DNA of 64,000 bases, taken from assembly GCA_943356415.1 (NCBI GenBank), contig CALREW010000001.1:357745-421744 (forward strand). The letters are read 5' to 3'. The position numbers were made by a program, and so were the translations under genes. Origin of the DNA: Candidatus Nomurabacteria bacterium. GTDB lineage: Bacteria > Patescibacteriota > Minisyncoccia > Phycocordibacterales > SBAW01. Below are positions 29,607 through 38,416 of this stretch, piece by piece (position 1 is the stretch's first letter; the number at the start of each line of letters is the position of its first letter). The notes below the pieces were generated by a model. The model searched no databases and had not been told where the DNA came from. It saw nothing but the letters and a program-made list of their open reading frames with translations.

Positions 29607-30305
29607 CTACTTTTTCCTAAATACATACAGCGCGACGCGGCCGAAGTGTTTGTTGGCCGGGTAGGTAAACCTGCGCAAAAAGCGCCACGGCATCTCCGGT
29701 AAAAGGTAGGAGGTTTCCACAAGTTCAAAATGTGTGAGAAATCCCTTCTTCAAAATGGGATCTGTAAGAATGGAGATGTGGTCGTTGCCGGCCAAAAACC
29801 TATAAAACTCCCCGCGCCGCACGAAAAGTATCTTATTAAACGCGTGGTTCGGATTAGGCGTTGAGAGAATTAAGACACCGCCCGGCTTAAGGAGGCGTGC
29901 AATTTCTCTGGCAAAGTGAAATGGATTTTCAAGATGCTCCACGGTCTCAATCGACGTCACTGCGTCAAAAGAGGCGTCCGCGTACGGATACACATCGCGA
30001 TTAAAATCAAAGGTCTGTAATCCTCTCGTTGGAAATCCTTTAACCAGAAAATTTTCAATATCAGCGCCGTACGTCTCCTTTAGCCCCAGCTCATGGAGCA
30101 CCGTGAACACGTGGCCGTTAGCGGAACCAAGATCGAGAACTTTGTCGCTTGGCCGAAGGTGCGTACGCAGCGCACGCAAAAATCCTGGAGCCGCAAAAAC
30201 ACGAGTCTCTGCATCCTGGTACTTCTCGCGTAACTCATCCGCGATTTCCTTCATCTCCGCAACTGAAAGATACGGAACCGCTTTCTGCTTCTTTAGACTA
30301 GGCAT
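29607..30305 (-). CDS. Class I SAM-dependent methyltransferase
   Basis: VLDLGSANG, ETVEHLENP, LLKPGG, STPN. Confidence 0.88.
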   Translation of the reverse strand: MPSLKKQKAVPYLSVAEMKEIADELREKYQDAETRVFAAPGFLRALRTHLRPSDKVLDLGSANGHVFTVLHELGLKETYGADIENFLVKGFPTRGLQTFDFNRDVYPYADASFDAVTSIETVEHLENPFHFAREIARLLKPGGVLILSTPNPNHAFNKILFVRRGEFYRFLAGNDHISILTDPILKKGFLTHFELVETSYLLPEMPWRFLRRFTYPANKHFGRVALYVFRKK

Positions 30306-30368
30306 ACCTATGTGCTAGTAGCGTACATGGGAGCAACCGTTGGGCAAAGGGGTGCCTTCTTGCCCCTG

Positions 30369-30644
30369 TTAGGTAGTACGCTTATTGCGTCGCCAAATTT
30401 TTATATACACGGCCATGCACAAAAAGAGGAACAGGAGGGCGAGTATGTACTTTATCTGGAGCGGCGCCTGATTAATGAGGGTGGCATACCAAAGCGCAAC
30501 GATATTCGCGATGAATTGTATGAGTAAGAGCCAAAAACTCAACCCTTCAACACTTTTTGTTTTGAGAGTCTTATATATCTGCGGTATGTAGCAGACGGTG
30601 AAAAGGAAGGTGGCGGTCCATCCAAGGACTAAAGCGAGTGACAT
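30369..30644 (-). CDS. SemiSWEET/PQ-loop transporter
   Basis: 91 aa, three TM, YIPQIYK...SVEGLS. Confidence 0.82.
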   Translation of the reverse strand: MSLALVLGWTATFLFTVCYIPQIYKTLKTKSVEGLSFWLLLIQFIANIVALWYATLINQAPLQIKYILALLFLFLCMAVYIKIWRRNKRTT

Positions 30645-30819
30645 GTGTGTTTTTACGGATTAGGTGCGCTCGAGTATGTAAACCTAGCACTATTCGTATG
30701 CATCATACCGTGTGGGTAAGCCTTAAACCAGTCTTGTAAATAGACCTTTGCGTCAGCAACATACAGACCGTTTAACTATTGTCTGTATATAAAGGTTTCC
30801 GTTTTTAGAGAAAGCTGAG

Positions 30820-30852
30820 AAAGAGAAATCCCGGGCCGTACGGCCCGGGTTC
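30820..30852 (-). terminator. Intrinsic terminator of radical SAM module
   Basis: CCCGGGCCG-TA-CGGCCCGGG followed on the minus strand by ATTTCTCTTT. Confidence 0.65.
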
Positions 30853-30878
30853 CCCTGCTTCGGCTATGTCGCCGAGGC

Positions 30879-32456
30879 TCAGGCTGTGCTGCTTTGCGTG
30901 AGGTTGCCCACGCGCAGGATGTTTGGGCCTGGCATGCCCATCGAGTGCTCGAAGGTAATGCCGGGCGCGCCAGGATTGAACGGGATGTTGAGCAGAGCGC
31001 GGACGCCGTCCTCCAGATCGCCTCGCAGTCGGACGAGGTCCTCCCGCGAAAGCGTGTCCGTGTAGACGTACGACTGGTACCCGCCCTCGGGGTCGCCCTT
31101 GTAGTAGTAGGCCTTCGCCAGAGGGTCGAACGCGTCGAGATAGAGGCGGTCTCCCGTTCCACCCCCACGCAGCGGTACCGTGTAGACCCAAGGCCCTTCA
31201 GGGTGCGCTGGATCGACCGGCTCGGCGTCGTCGTAGTAGGGCGTGCCGGGATAGCACGTGATCAGCGAGACGTCGAAGTCGTTCGGTTTCTGGGCGAGAA
31301 GCCACTGGCGAGTCTCCTCGATAGTTGCTTCCGTTTCGCCCGGATGACCGACCGACATAAGTGCCTTCACCTTGATCCCGTGCTTCTGGGCAATCTGCAG
31401 GCAGCGAGTGTTGTCTTCAGCCGTCGCCTGCTTGTGGATGTTCTTGAGAATCCTCGGTGAGCCCGACTCGAACCCGACGAGAATCCAGCGGAAGCCGGCA
31501 GCGTACATCGCGGCGGCCTGCTCTTCGTTGAAGAGCTCGGCCTTGATGAACCCGCGCAGACGCCACTCAACCCCCAGCTCTTCTTGCTTGCGGGCGATAG
31601 CCTTCATGAGGCCGACGAGTTCCTTGTTCACGTTGAGTTCGTCGTCGTAGAACATGAAGCCCGTCTTGCCCGTGGTCCTCCACAGGTGCTCCATCTCCGC
31701 GACAATGTCCTCGGTCGTGCGCGTACGGATGCGTCGAAGCATCGAAGACTTGCGTCCCCCGCAGAAACGGCAGCCGAACGGGCAGCCAAGTTGCGCAATC
31801 AGCGAGATCGCCGGGAAGCCCTCGATCGTGTAGCGATAGCTGGCGGCGTCCACCAGATCCCGAGCTGGCCACGGAAGCTCCTCGAGCTTCTCATTGGTCA
31901 GGAAGAGATCAGACGATGGCTCGTCGGCGTCGATGAGTTTCGGAGCGCCCGGATGGCACGCTTCGAAAATGGCCTCTTCGCCGTCGCCGGCAACGAGGAC
32001 ATCGAAGAGCTCGCCAAGTTCTTGCATGTGCGTTGCCGCACGGCGGAACTGCGCGTTACGCTTCGCTTCCCCCTTGGCAGCCGCATTCACGAGCGTGACG
32101 TGCGGACCGCCGAGGATGATCTTCGAGCCCGGCTTCTTCTGCCGCAACACGTTGACGATTCCGGCAACCGCCGGCATCTGCGGCGTGGTCGCCGTGATGC
32201 CGAAGAGCGTCGCGTCGCTGTGAGCAACGAAATACTCCACGGTCTCCAGGTAATTCTTCACGCCGGAGAGGTCGAGAACCCCGACCTCCGCTCCCGCCGC
32301 ACGCAGCACCGCCGCGATACGCAGGACTCCGAGGAACATGAAGACCCGCTCGTCGAGCAAGAATGCCGACGGCGGAATGATGAGCGTAATTGCCTTCGGC
32401 ACGACCTTCTCCGGAGCCCGAGCTCCGCGAAGGTCCGCCTGTGCGGTCTCACGCAT
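30879..32456 (-). CDS. Cobalamin-binding (class B) radical SAM protein (high-GC module)
   Basis: B12-binding GGPHVT...GDGEE, PWPARDL, GCPFGCRFC (CxxxCxxC), FYDD, GFESGS, GHPGET. Start set at ATG 32456 behind SD AAGGAG. Confidence 0.9.
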   Translation of the reverse strand: MRETAQADLRGARAPEKVVPKAITLIIPPSAFLLDERVFMFLGVLRIAAVLRAAGAEVGVLDLSGVKNYLETVEYFVAHSDATLFGITATTPQMPAVAGIVNVLRQKKPGSKIILGGPHVTLVNAAAKGEAKRNAQFRRAATHMQELGELFDVLVAGDGEEAIFEACHPGAPKLIDADEPSSDLFLTNEKLEELPWPARDLVDAASYRYTIEGFPAISLIAQLGCPFGCRFCGGRKSSMLRRIRTRTTEDIVAEMEHLWRTTGKTGFMFYDDELNVNKELVGLMKAIARKQEELGVEWRLRGFIKAELFNEEQAAAMYAAGFRWILVGFESGSPRILKNIHKQATAEDNTRCLQIAQKHGIKVKALMSVGHPGETEATIEETRQWLLAQKPNDFDVSLITCYPGTPYYDDAEPVDPAHPEGPWVYTVPLRGGGTGDRLYLDAFDPLAKAYYYKGDPEGGYQSYVYTDTLSREDLVRLRGDLEDGVRALLNIPFNPGAPGITFEHSMGMPGPNILRVGNLTQSSTA

Positions 32457-32520
32457 GAGCAGACTCCTTCCAAAAAGTGAACCGATGTGCCCGTGCCCAA
32501 TAGAAAGGGCGGCCGAAGTC

Positions 32521-32549
32521 ACAATAGCAAGTGCGTACTCGAACCGCAA
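32521..32549 (-). promoter_or_regulatory. Sigma70-like promoter TTGCGG-N17-TATTGT of radical SAM module
   Basis: Exact 17-nt spacer with extended TG. Confidence 0.5.
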
Positions 32550-33689
32550 TTACGAAGTCGAAATAACCTCGAATATTCTCTTTGCGCGCTCCTCCCACGA
32601 ATGGGTCGCGACTACCTCCCTCGCCTTTATTGCCGCACGGTCTGCTCCAGCAGCGAATGCCTTTTCGAGCGCTTCTGCAAGTGACTGCTCGTCGTCAGGA
32701 GCAAAGAAAAATCCAGCATCTTCTGGAAGCACTTCCTGTATTGAAGGGAGTCGCGCGGCGACAATGGGTCTCCCGCTTGCCATATAGCCAAACAACTTCA
32801 TCGGAGAAGTGTAGTGGGATGAAATCATTTCTTTTCCAGAATTTGGGAGGACAAGTACATCGGCAGCGCGTTGCCAGAGCGGCAACTGGCGATATGGAAC
32901 GTGTCCCACAAGTCGTACCGAGGGTATGTGCTCGTAGCGTGCTGAAAAAGCGGCAACATCTTTTTTAGTGCCTCCAACAAAAACACACAGCGCGTCCGGA
33001 ACAAGTGCGGCAGCCTTCGCAAGCGTATCGACACCTTTCCACTCGTAGAGAAGTCCCGTATACACAGCGATGGGTACGTTTTGCGGGAGCCCGAGCGTTG
33101 CGCGCGCTTCCTTTTTACTCGTCTCTATAGAAAACTCCTCGAGCGCCACTGCATTTTGTTCGACAAAGACCTTTTGTGAAGCAAGATGAAATCGTTTTAC
33201 CAACTCTTGCGCCTTCCAACGGTTCGTTGCCAAAATGTGCCTCATGCGCTTGAGGAATATATGGTAGAAATACAAACTTTTTTCAGGAAAATCATGCACT
33301 GCGTAGACCGTATTTGGGAAGAAGAACGAAGCAAAATACAGCGGGAGTGACTCATTGGAATAGAGAATGTCACTCTCTTTAGCTTTCACCAGAAGGTACA
33401 GAAGTGAGCTAATAGAAAACGTGAAAAGACTCAACCGAAATGCAATAAATGAAAGGAGCGGCACTCGGAAAAGATCGATGGTTGGGAGATAGACGATCCG
33501 TACACCTTGAGGAAGCCGGTAGTACTCGTGCGCGTCGCGAGGGATCCTCCCCAACCGGCGAGGAGCGACAATCGTCACTGCCGCGTGCCGTAAAAATGCA
33601 CGCGCCTCTTCCGCAGCAAAAAGAGCGGCAGCTTTCTCACTGGGGAAACGCCCATGCAGGAATATGTAAATGCATCGAGAGGTATTCAT
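32550..33689 (-). CDS. GT4 glycosyltransferase
   Basis: WKGVD, ADVLVLPN, TSPMKLFGYMASGRPIV. Confidence 0.9.
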   Translation of the reverse strand: MNTSRCIYIFLHGRFPSEKAAALFAAEEARAFLRHAAVTIVAPRRLGRIPRDAHEYYRLPQGVRIVYLPTIDLFRVPLLSFIAFRLSLFTFSISSLLYLLVKAKESDILYSNESLPLYFASFFFPNTVYAVHDFPEKSLYFYHIFLKRMRHILATNRWKAQELVKRFHLASQKVFVEQNAVALEEFSIETSKKEARATLGLPQNVPIAVYTGLLYEWKGVDTLAKAAALVPDALCVFVGGTKKDVAAFSARYEHIPSVRLVGHVPYRQLPLWQRAADVLVLPNSGKEMISSHYTSPMKLFGYMASGRPIVAARLPSIQEVLPEDAGFFFAPDDEQSLAEALEKAFAAGADRAAIKAREVVATHSWEERAKRIFEVISTS

Positions 33690-34756
33690 AGTGGTGTTGC
33701 ACGAGAGGATATCTCACGAGGGTGACTAAAGAGAAACCGATAAAATGCATCTGCACGCAAATACGTTTCAAATACTTCGCGCCCACGACGCTGTTTTTTT
33801 ACATACTCCTCGTCATCCATCGAGTCGTAGTACGCGCGAATATGCTTCCCCAAAGAAGCCATGTCTGTGTACGGCACGAATAAACAAAAACTCTGGTAGT
33901 CGATTATATCTTCAAGTGGCAAAAGACTGTCAGTATCCACAACAACCGGCATTCTCCCTACCGAGAGCGCTTCATAGAAGCGTGTTGCGGCATTTCCATC
34001 ACCACGAACAGTCAAAGCAAAATCTGCACCGACGAGATTATCTAGAAACTCCTTTTGTAACGATTCAATCGAACCTATTGCCGTTTTTCGATTAAGTGAG
34101 AAGAAGGTTCGTACGATAAAGTGTGTCTCAACATCGGGTGACGCGGCAAGGATTTGTAACATTCGTTCACGGAATGAAACACCTCCTTTATGCGCACGTA
34201 AGTATGGCGCGCGGAGAATGATTGCCTTACCTTCCCAAAAGCTATTCTTTATCCATTCTTTAAGACGTGCGCGTAGCGTTGCGTGCCGAGCCCGTCCGCA
34301 AAAAGAAATTGAAGGTACACCGTCGTGTTTGTGTCGCAACGTAATTTCCCCTTCAAGTTTTTCCGGAGCATACGGTGGGATGATAATCTCGTTTTGCCGC
34401 TTTCGGTGACGGTACTGCGAATACCGGAGTACGATGGTGTTTGAAAGTGCTATGTCGGAGTCATCATCCCCATAAGCGATGAGAATCAGAATTCGATCAA
34501 CTGAGCGCGCAAATGCGACAGCGGCTTCTAGGTGTGCCCTGTCGTCCTTGCGTACTTCTTTGTACCAGTGCGGGTACAGCAGGTAATCCGCATCTGAAGG
34601 ATTGGCCACAACCTCAAAAAAAGGAGTGTATTTCTTAAATATGTCCGCCAAATGGACCTGGCTCCGGGTGTAATAGTCTTCAGTGCCATACACCGGGTAC
34701 AACTCAGGTATGATTGGCTTTCCCTGGATACGTTCGTATACGTAGATTTTGGTCAT
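33686..34756 (-). CDS. Exostosin-family (GT47) glycosyltransferase
   Basis: SFCG, FALTVRGDGNAATRFYEALSVGRMPV, LPLEDIIDY. Confidence 0.8.
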   Translation of the reverse strand: MTKIYVYERIQGKPIIPELYPVYGTEDYYTRSQVHLADIFKKYTPFFEVVANPSDADYLLYPHWYKEVRKDDRAHLEAAVAFARSVDRILILIAYGDDDSDIALSNTIVLRYSQYRHRKRQNEIIIPPYAPEKLEGEITLRHKHDGVPSISFCGRARHATLRARLKEWIKNSFWEGKAIILRAPYLRAHKGGVSFRERMLQILAASPDVETHFIVRTFFSLNRKTAIGSIESLQKEFLDNLVGADFALTVRGDGNAATRFYEALSVGRMPVVVDTDSLLPLEDIIDYQSFCLFVPYTDMASLGKHIRAYYDSMDDEEYVKKQRRGREVFETYLRADAFYRFLFSHPREISSRATPL

Positions 34757-34757
34757 A

Positions 34758-35387
34758 TTACTGATCTACGGAAAAGAGAAAAAATCGGTGCGAGGGATCA
34801 TCTGCATATTTTTTCGAATAAATGAGCGTAAGTCCCACGGCCCTTGCTACTGCGAGGAACCGTTCGGTGGAATACCCTTTTTTGCCAAGTTCCCAATAGT
34901 GCTCACCATTAAAGGTGTGTTTTTTCCAGAAAAAAGGAATCTGAAAAAGGAATGCGGTGCGAGGGAGAAGCGGTAGCTTGCATACAAAAGAAAAAACCCA
35001 CCCAGGATGCGGAACCGAGATGACCACACTTTTCCTTGAAACTCGCGCCAGTTCACTCAACGCTTTCTCTACATCTTCAAAGCGAATATGTTCCAGAATC
35101 TCTGCGGCAAGCACAACATCATATGAAGCTGGCGGAAACGGGAGTGCTAGTATCGAACCAACAACATCCGGGTGCACATCTTCTGCAATATCGATAGTGG
35201 TAACGTCACACCCCTGCGCTTTAAGTTCGCGGGCCACAACCCCACTACCGATACCAATCTCAAGCACATTTTTTGGGTGTGTTTGCCATACCAAAGCCAT
35301 CTGGTGGAAATAAGAAATCCACCGCTCTGCGGAACGATAGGCCTTGCCTTCATAATGTGTCTTATCTACCTGTGGCGTATACGTCAT
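34758..35387 (-). CDS. Class I SAM-dependent methyltransferase
   Basis: VLEIGIGSG, EILEHI, GEHYWELGK. Confidence 0.88.
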   Translation of the reverse strand: MTYTPQVDKTHYEGKAYRSAERWISYFHQMALVWQTHPKNVLEIGIGSGVVARELKAQGCDVTTIDIAEDVHPDVVGSILALPFPPASYDVVLAAEILEHIRFEDVEKALSELARVSRKSVVISVPHPGWVFSFVCKLPLLPRTAFLFQIPFFWKKHTFNGEHYWELGKKGYSTERFLAVARAVGLTLIYSKKYADDPSHRFFLFSVDQ

Positions 35388-36406
35388 GTAAGTGCTTCGA
35401 CAATTTTTGGGACAAGTTTCTGCAATGAATGATTCTCTCGCACGTACGTAGTAAGTGGCTCCATTGAAACCTCTCTCGCATGCAGTATAGCGTCAGCAAC
35501 ACGCGTTGGATTGTTTCCTTCTACATAGAGTCCGTATGGCGTAAGGAGACTGCGAAATGCTTCGTTGGTCGTTACCAAAGGAAGCCCTGAAACCAACGGT
35601 TCAAATCCAGCCTTGTCCATATTCCCTGTTGTACCAAAGTTAAGAAATACATCGTGCTGCTGAAATAGTTCAGGAATTGCCACGTGTGCGGCTGGACCGT
35701 ACAAAACTACCGAATCACGTAAGCCCATGCGCTCTATATCTCCAATCAATTCCCGGCTGTATTGCTCTTCTGCAGCGGTCCCAGCGCCTCCGACAAATGT
35801 GAGGAGTGGTTTCTCACCACGTCGCAGGAGCTCAGAAACAACGGGCAACATTTCTTTGAGGTGTTTGCTCTCTGCGATGCGCCCAACGGAAATGAGTCTC
35901 AGTCGATCGGCGTGCGCTTTTTGTTGTGGCTTGAATCGCTCCATGTCCACTCCGTGGCCCATGGGTTCTAGTTTGGATGTCCTCATACCGAAACTTTCTT
36001 TCGTGACGCTAAATACCTTGTCGGTAAAAAGTAGTGCTATGCGCAACTTCAGCGTGACACTCTTGTGTGCGTACCATAGGGATGTCTTTTTATTCCACAG
36101 TTTCCAAAACCAACCACAGACAACCAAGTATTCCGGATTCATATGAACAAAAACGGCATCGTAGGAATTCCTCTCTGCTATTGAAACCTGGAGCAGGCGC
36201 CATGCGTACGAAATAGAAGATGCTGTTCTCTTCTCTTTACCTAAAGAAAAAACTCGCACATTCTGCGGAAGCGAATGTCTCCCCTCCTTTAGACACACCA
36301 CACTCACCTTTTCGCAATGCTTCGCAAACTCAGCAACCCACTCATGAAAAAACCCGAGATGCGGGTCATCGCTATCGAGTACTTGCGTCGTAATTAGCAG
36401 TCTCAT
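35384..36406 (-). CDS. GT4 glycosyltransferase
   Basis: MRLLITTQ start, GHGVD, SVGRI..SK, TGNMDKA. Confidence 0.85.
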   Translation of the reverse strand: MRLLITTQVLDSDDPHLGFFHEWVAEFAKHCEKVSVVCLKEGRHSLPQNVRVFSLGKEKRTASSISYAWRLLQVSIAERNSYDAVFVHMNPEYLVVCGWFWKLWNKKTSLWYAHKSVTLKLRIALLFTDKVFSVTKESFGMRTSKLEPMGHGVDMERFKPQQKAHADRLRLISVGRIAESKHLKEMLPVVSELLRRGEKPLLTFVGGAGTAAEEQYSRELIGDIERMGLRDSVVLYGPAAHVAIPELFQQHDVFLNFGTTGNMDKAGFEPLVSGLPLVTTNEAFRSLLTPYGLYVEGNNPTRVADAILHAREVSMEPLTTYVRENHSLQKLVPKIVEALT

Positions 36407-36434
36407 ATCCCGTAGCCCATATAGTACTACTTGG

Positions 36435-37292
36435 CTATTTCTTCCCGACACGTGCTCCATATACTCCCCGCAAAAGACCAAGGTCTTTCTTTGTCGAAGT
36501 TAAAAGGGCAATATTTTTTGCTTCAAGTGCGCGCAATACGGCAAGACCTGTTTTGTCCTTTGTAAGGATCTGCTGGTACATACCGCGCGCTGCAGCCATG
36601 TCTTTGATAAAACAGCCGCCACCTGCTCCACGGCCGCTTTTATGAAGCGGCCGTGCGTACCGATTGGAAATAAAGGGGTCTGCAAGCGCTGCTTTCTCGA
36701 TTGGTTCCCAATCGCAGCCAAGTGCTTTTGCAAAGTCGTACATCAGATTAAAAAGGATGACTTGCGCGTAGCCGCTTAGATTGTGGGTGTACTTAAACAC
36801 TTCTGCTTCGTCACTTGAGCACGTGAGAACAAACGGAGCCTTAGGCAAAATGGCGTGCACGAGCTTTGCCGCTTCCACGTGCTTCTTTGTCTTACGAGGC
36901 AAACCAACGATATTCTCAGCTGGATGTGCCGCATCATGCGCAGCGGTCCCCACACTAAGGAATTCCGGAGAAAAGAGGACGGTGATATTTTTGTGAGCTG
37001 ATTGGAAACGTTTGGTTGTACCCGGCAACAAGGTCGACTTGATGACCGCGATCTTTCCCGACCCCACAAGCGAAAGTGCCTGCTTCACAATGCCCGCATC
37101 AAAACCCTTTGGGGTCGTCGGTGTTGGCACGCCGATAAACACAACATCGCAGTCTTTGATAAATGCCTTGTTACGAACATAGGGTTCTTCAAGCGAATAC
37201 CGTACGACAGAAAAGCCACGACGCTCAAAATCGTTCGCGTAGTTTTTCCCAACGTATCCCTGACCGATAAATCCTATGCGTGGCTTTTTCAT
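36435..37292 (-). CDS. UDP-glucose/GDP-mannose dehydrogenase-like protein (short form)
   Basis: GFIGQGYVG, VPTP, IKST..PG, SPEFL, GAGGGCFIKD; lacks the C-terminal UDP-binding domain. Confidence 0.82.
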   Translation of the reverse strand: MKKPRIGFIGQGYVGKNYANDFERRGFSVVRYSLEEPYVRNKAFIKDCDVVFIGVPTPTTPKGFDAGIVKQALSLVGSGKIAVIKSTLLPGTTKRFQSAHKNITVLFSPEFLSVGTAAHDAAHPAENIVGLPRKTKKHVEAAKLVHAILPKAPFVLTCSSDEAEVFKYTHNLSGYAQVILFNLMYDFAKALGCDWEPIEKAALADPFISNRYARPLHKSGRGAGGGCFIKDMAAARGMYQQILTKDKTGLAVLRALEAKNIALLTSTKKDLGLLRGVYGARVGKK

Positions 37293-37368
37293 GAAAATTG
37301 CACGCGCTCTGCGTGCACGCCCCAACACCCTCACAGCATACAACACCAAGATACTATGCGAAGTTTCA

Positions 37369-37457
37369 AACGAAAAAGCCGTCCCCAGAGGGACGGCTTC
37401 TCCCAGCCTTGCGGCTGAAATGTGTGGGCGAACCGCGTGTGCGGTTAGCCCAGGAGC
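37369..37457 (-). repeat. ~90-bp direct repeat copy 1 (last codons, stop, hairpins, terminator)
   Basis: Near-identical to 38326-38416 (3 substitutions, one 2-nt indel). Includes AGCCGTCCC-TCTG-GGGACGGCT-TTTT terminator. Confidence 0.92.
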
Positions 37458-38224
37458 TTAAGCTTGTCGAAAGCCCTGCAGACGCTGAGCGCGTCGGCGA
37501 ACTGCTTCGCGATCTTCTCGCGCGGACGGTTCCGAGGGCTCATCGCCGGCACAGGGACGACCTTCACGTTCAGTCCGGCGGCGATGGCTCCGAGTGCTAT
37601 CATGCCATCGAAGCCCCAGGACACCTCTTCGCCACGGGCCCGCTCGACCTCCGCGTGAATCAACATAGCTTTGTCGAGCACACACCGGAGCACATTCTTC
37701 CCCCGGAAGAGCTGAAAGCCGTGGGCGCACGAGAGGCGCAGTTTGCCGCCGCTCGTCTGCCCATAGAGTTCCGGGAAAACATCCCTGTGCATGACCTCGT
37801 CCGCGGACCCGTAAATGAGGCCGTTGGACGAGTGGCTGAAGTCGAGGTCGCCGATGACCATGTCGGCCCTTTTTTCCTCCAAGGCGCGGCAGAGGTCCCT
37901 GATCTTGCAAATGGGATGCTCCGCCGTGTCCAGGCGAACGATGGTTTCTTCGGACCCACCGCAGAGCACTGCGGTGTCATAGCCAGCGCGCAGAGCGCCA
38001 GCAAGTCCGCGGACGTGCGAGTAGACGCCGACCATACCGAAACCCTTCTTGGCGGCAACACGCGCGAGTTCGACATCTTCAGCAGGGTCGGGGCAGCCAT
38101 TGACCGCCACGATGATCCTTGTCGAGGTGTCTTTCATCTCCTTGCGCAGCTGCGCAAGGAACGAGCCTTCTTCCTCGGCGGCTTTGATAGCCTTTCCTTG
38201 GAAGTCGGGCACGACGATAATCAA
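37445..38224 (-). CDS. Divergent GT2-like protein (high-GC module)
   Basis: IIVVPDF, IIVAVNG, RGLAGALRAG, VRLDTAEH, ADMVIGD follow GT2 motif order, but the canonical DxD is altered. Confidence 0.6.
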   Translation of the reverse strand: MIIVVPDFQGKAIKAAEEEGSFLAQLRKEMKDTSTRIIVAVNGCPDPAEDVELARVAAKKGFGMVGVYSHVRGLAGALRAGYDTAVLCGGSEETIVRLDTAEHPICKIRDLCRALEEKRADMVIGDLDFSHSSNGLIYGSADEVMHRDVFPELYGQTSGGKLRLSCAHGFQLFRGKNVLRCVLDKAMLIHAEVERARGEEVSWGFDGMIALGAIAAGLNVKVVPVPAMSPRNRPREKIAKQFADALSVCRAFDKLKLLG

Positions 38225-38260
38225 CTTGTCCCAACCTTTCCGGGATTTTTACCCGAAAAT

Positions 38261-38289
38261 ATAATACTACAGATTTTAATAAAAATCAA
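38261..38289 (-). promoter_or_regulatory. Sigma70-like promoter TTGATT-N17-TATTAT
   Basis: AT-rich island with an exact 17-nt spacer. Confidence 0.6.
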
Positions 38290-38325
38290 TATCTCTATCT
38301 GCTCATCATTTTAAGACTCCTCTCC

Positions 38326-38416
38326 AACGAAAAAGCCGCCCCCAGAGGGACGGCTTCTCCCAGCCTTGCGGCTGAAATGTGTGTGGGCGAACCGCGTGTG
38401 AGGTTAGTCCAGGAGC
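38326..38416 (-). repeat. ~90-bp direct repeat copy 2
   Basis: See copy 1 at 37369-37457. Confidence 0.92.

Noticed and set aside
37369-38416. Repeats as CRISPR repeats or canonical integron attC sites
   Set aside because: Only two copies, ~90 bp long and ~870 bp apart. RYYYAAC/GTTRRRY ends do not match, and there is no cas or intI gene.
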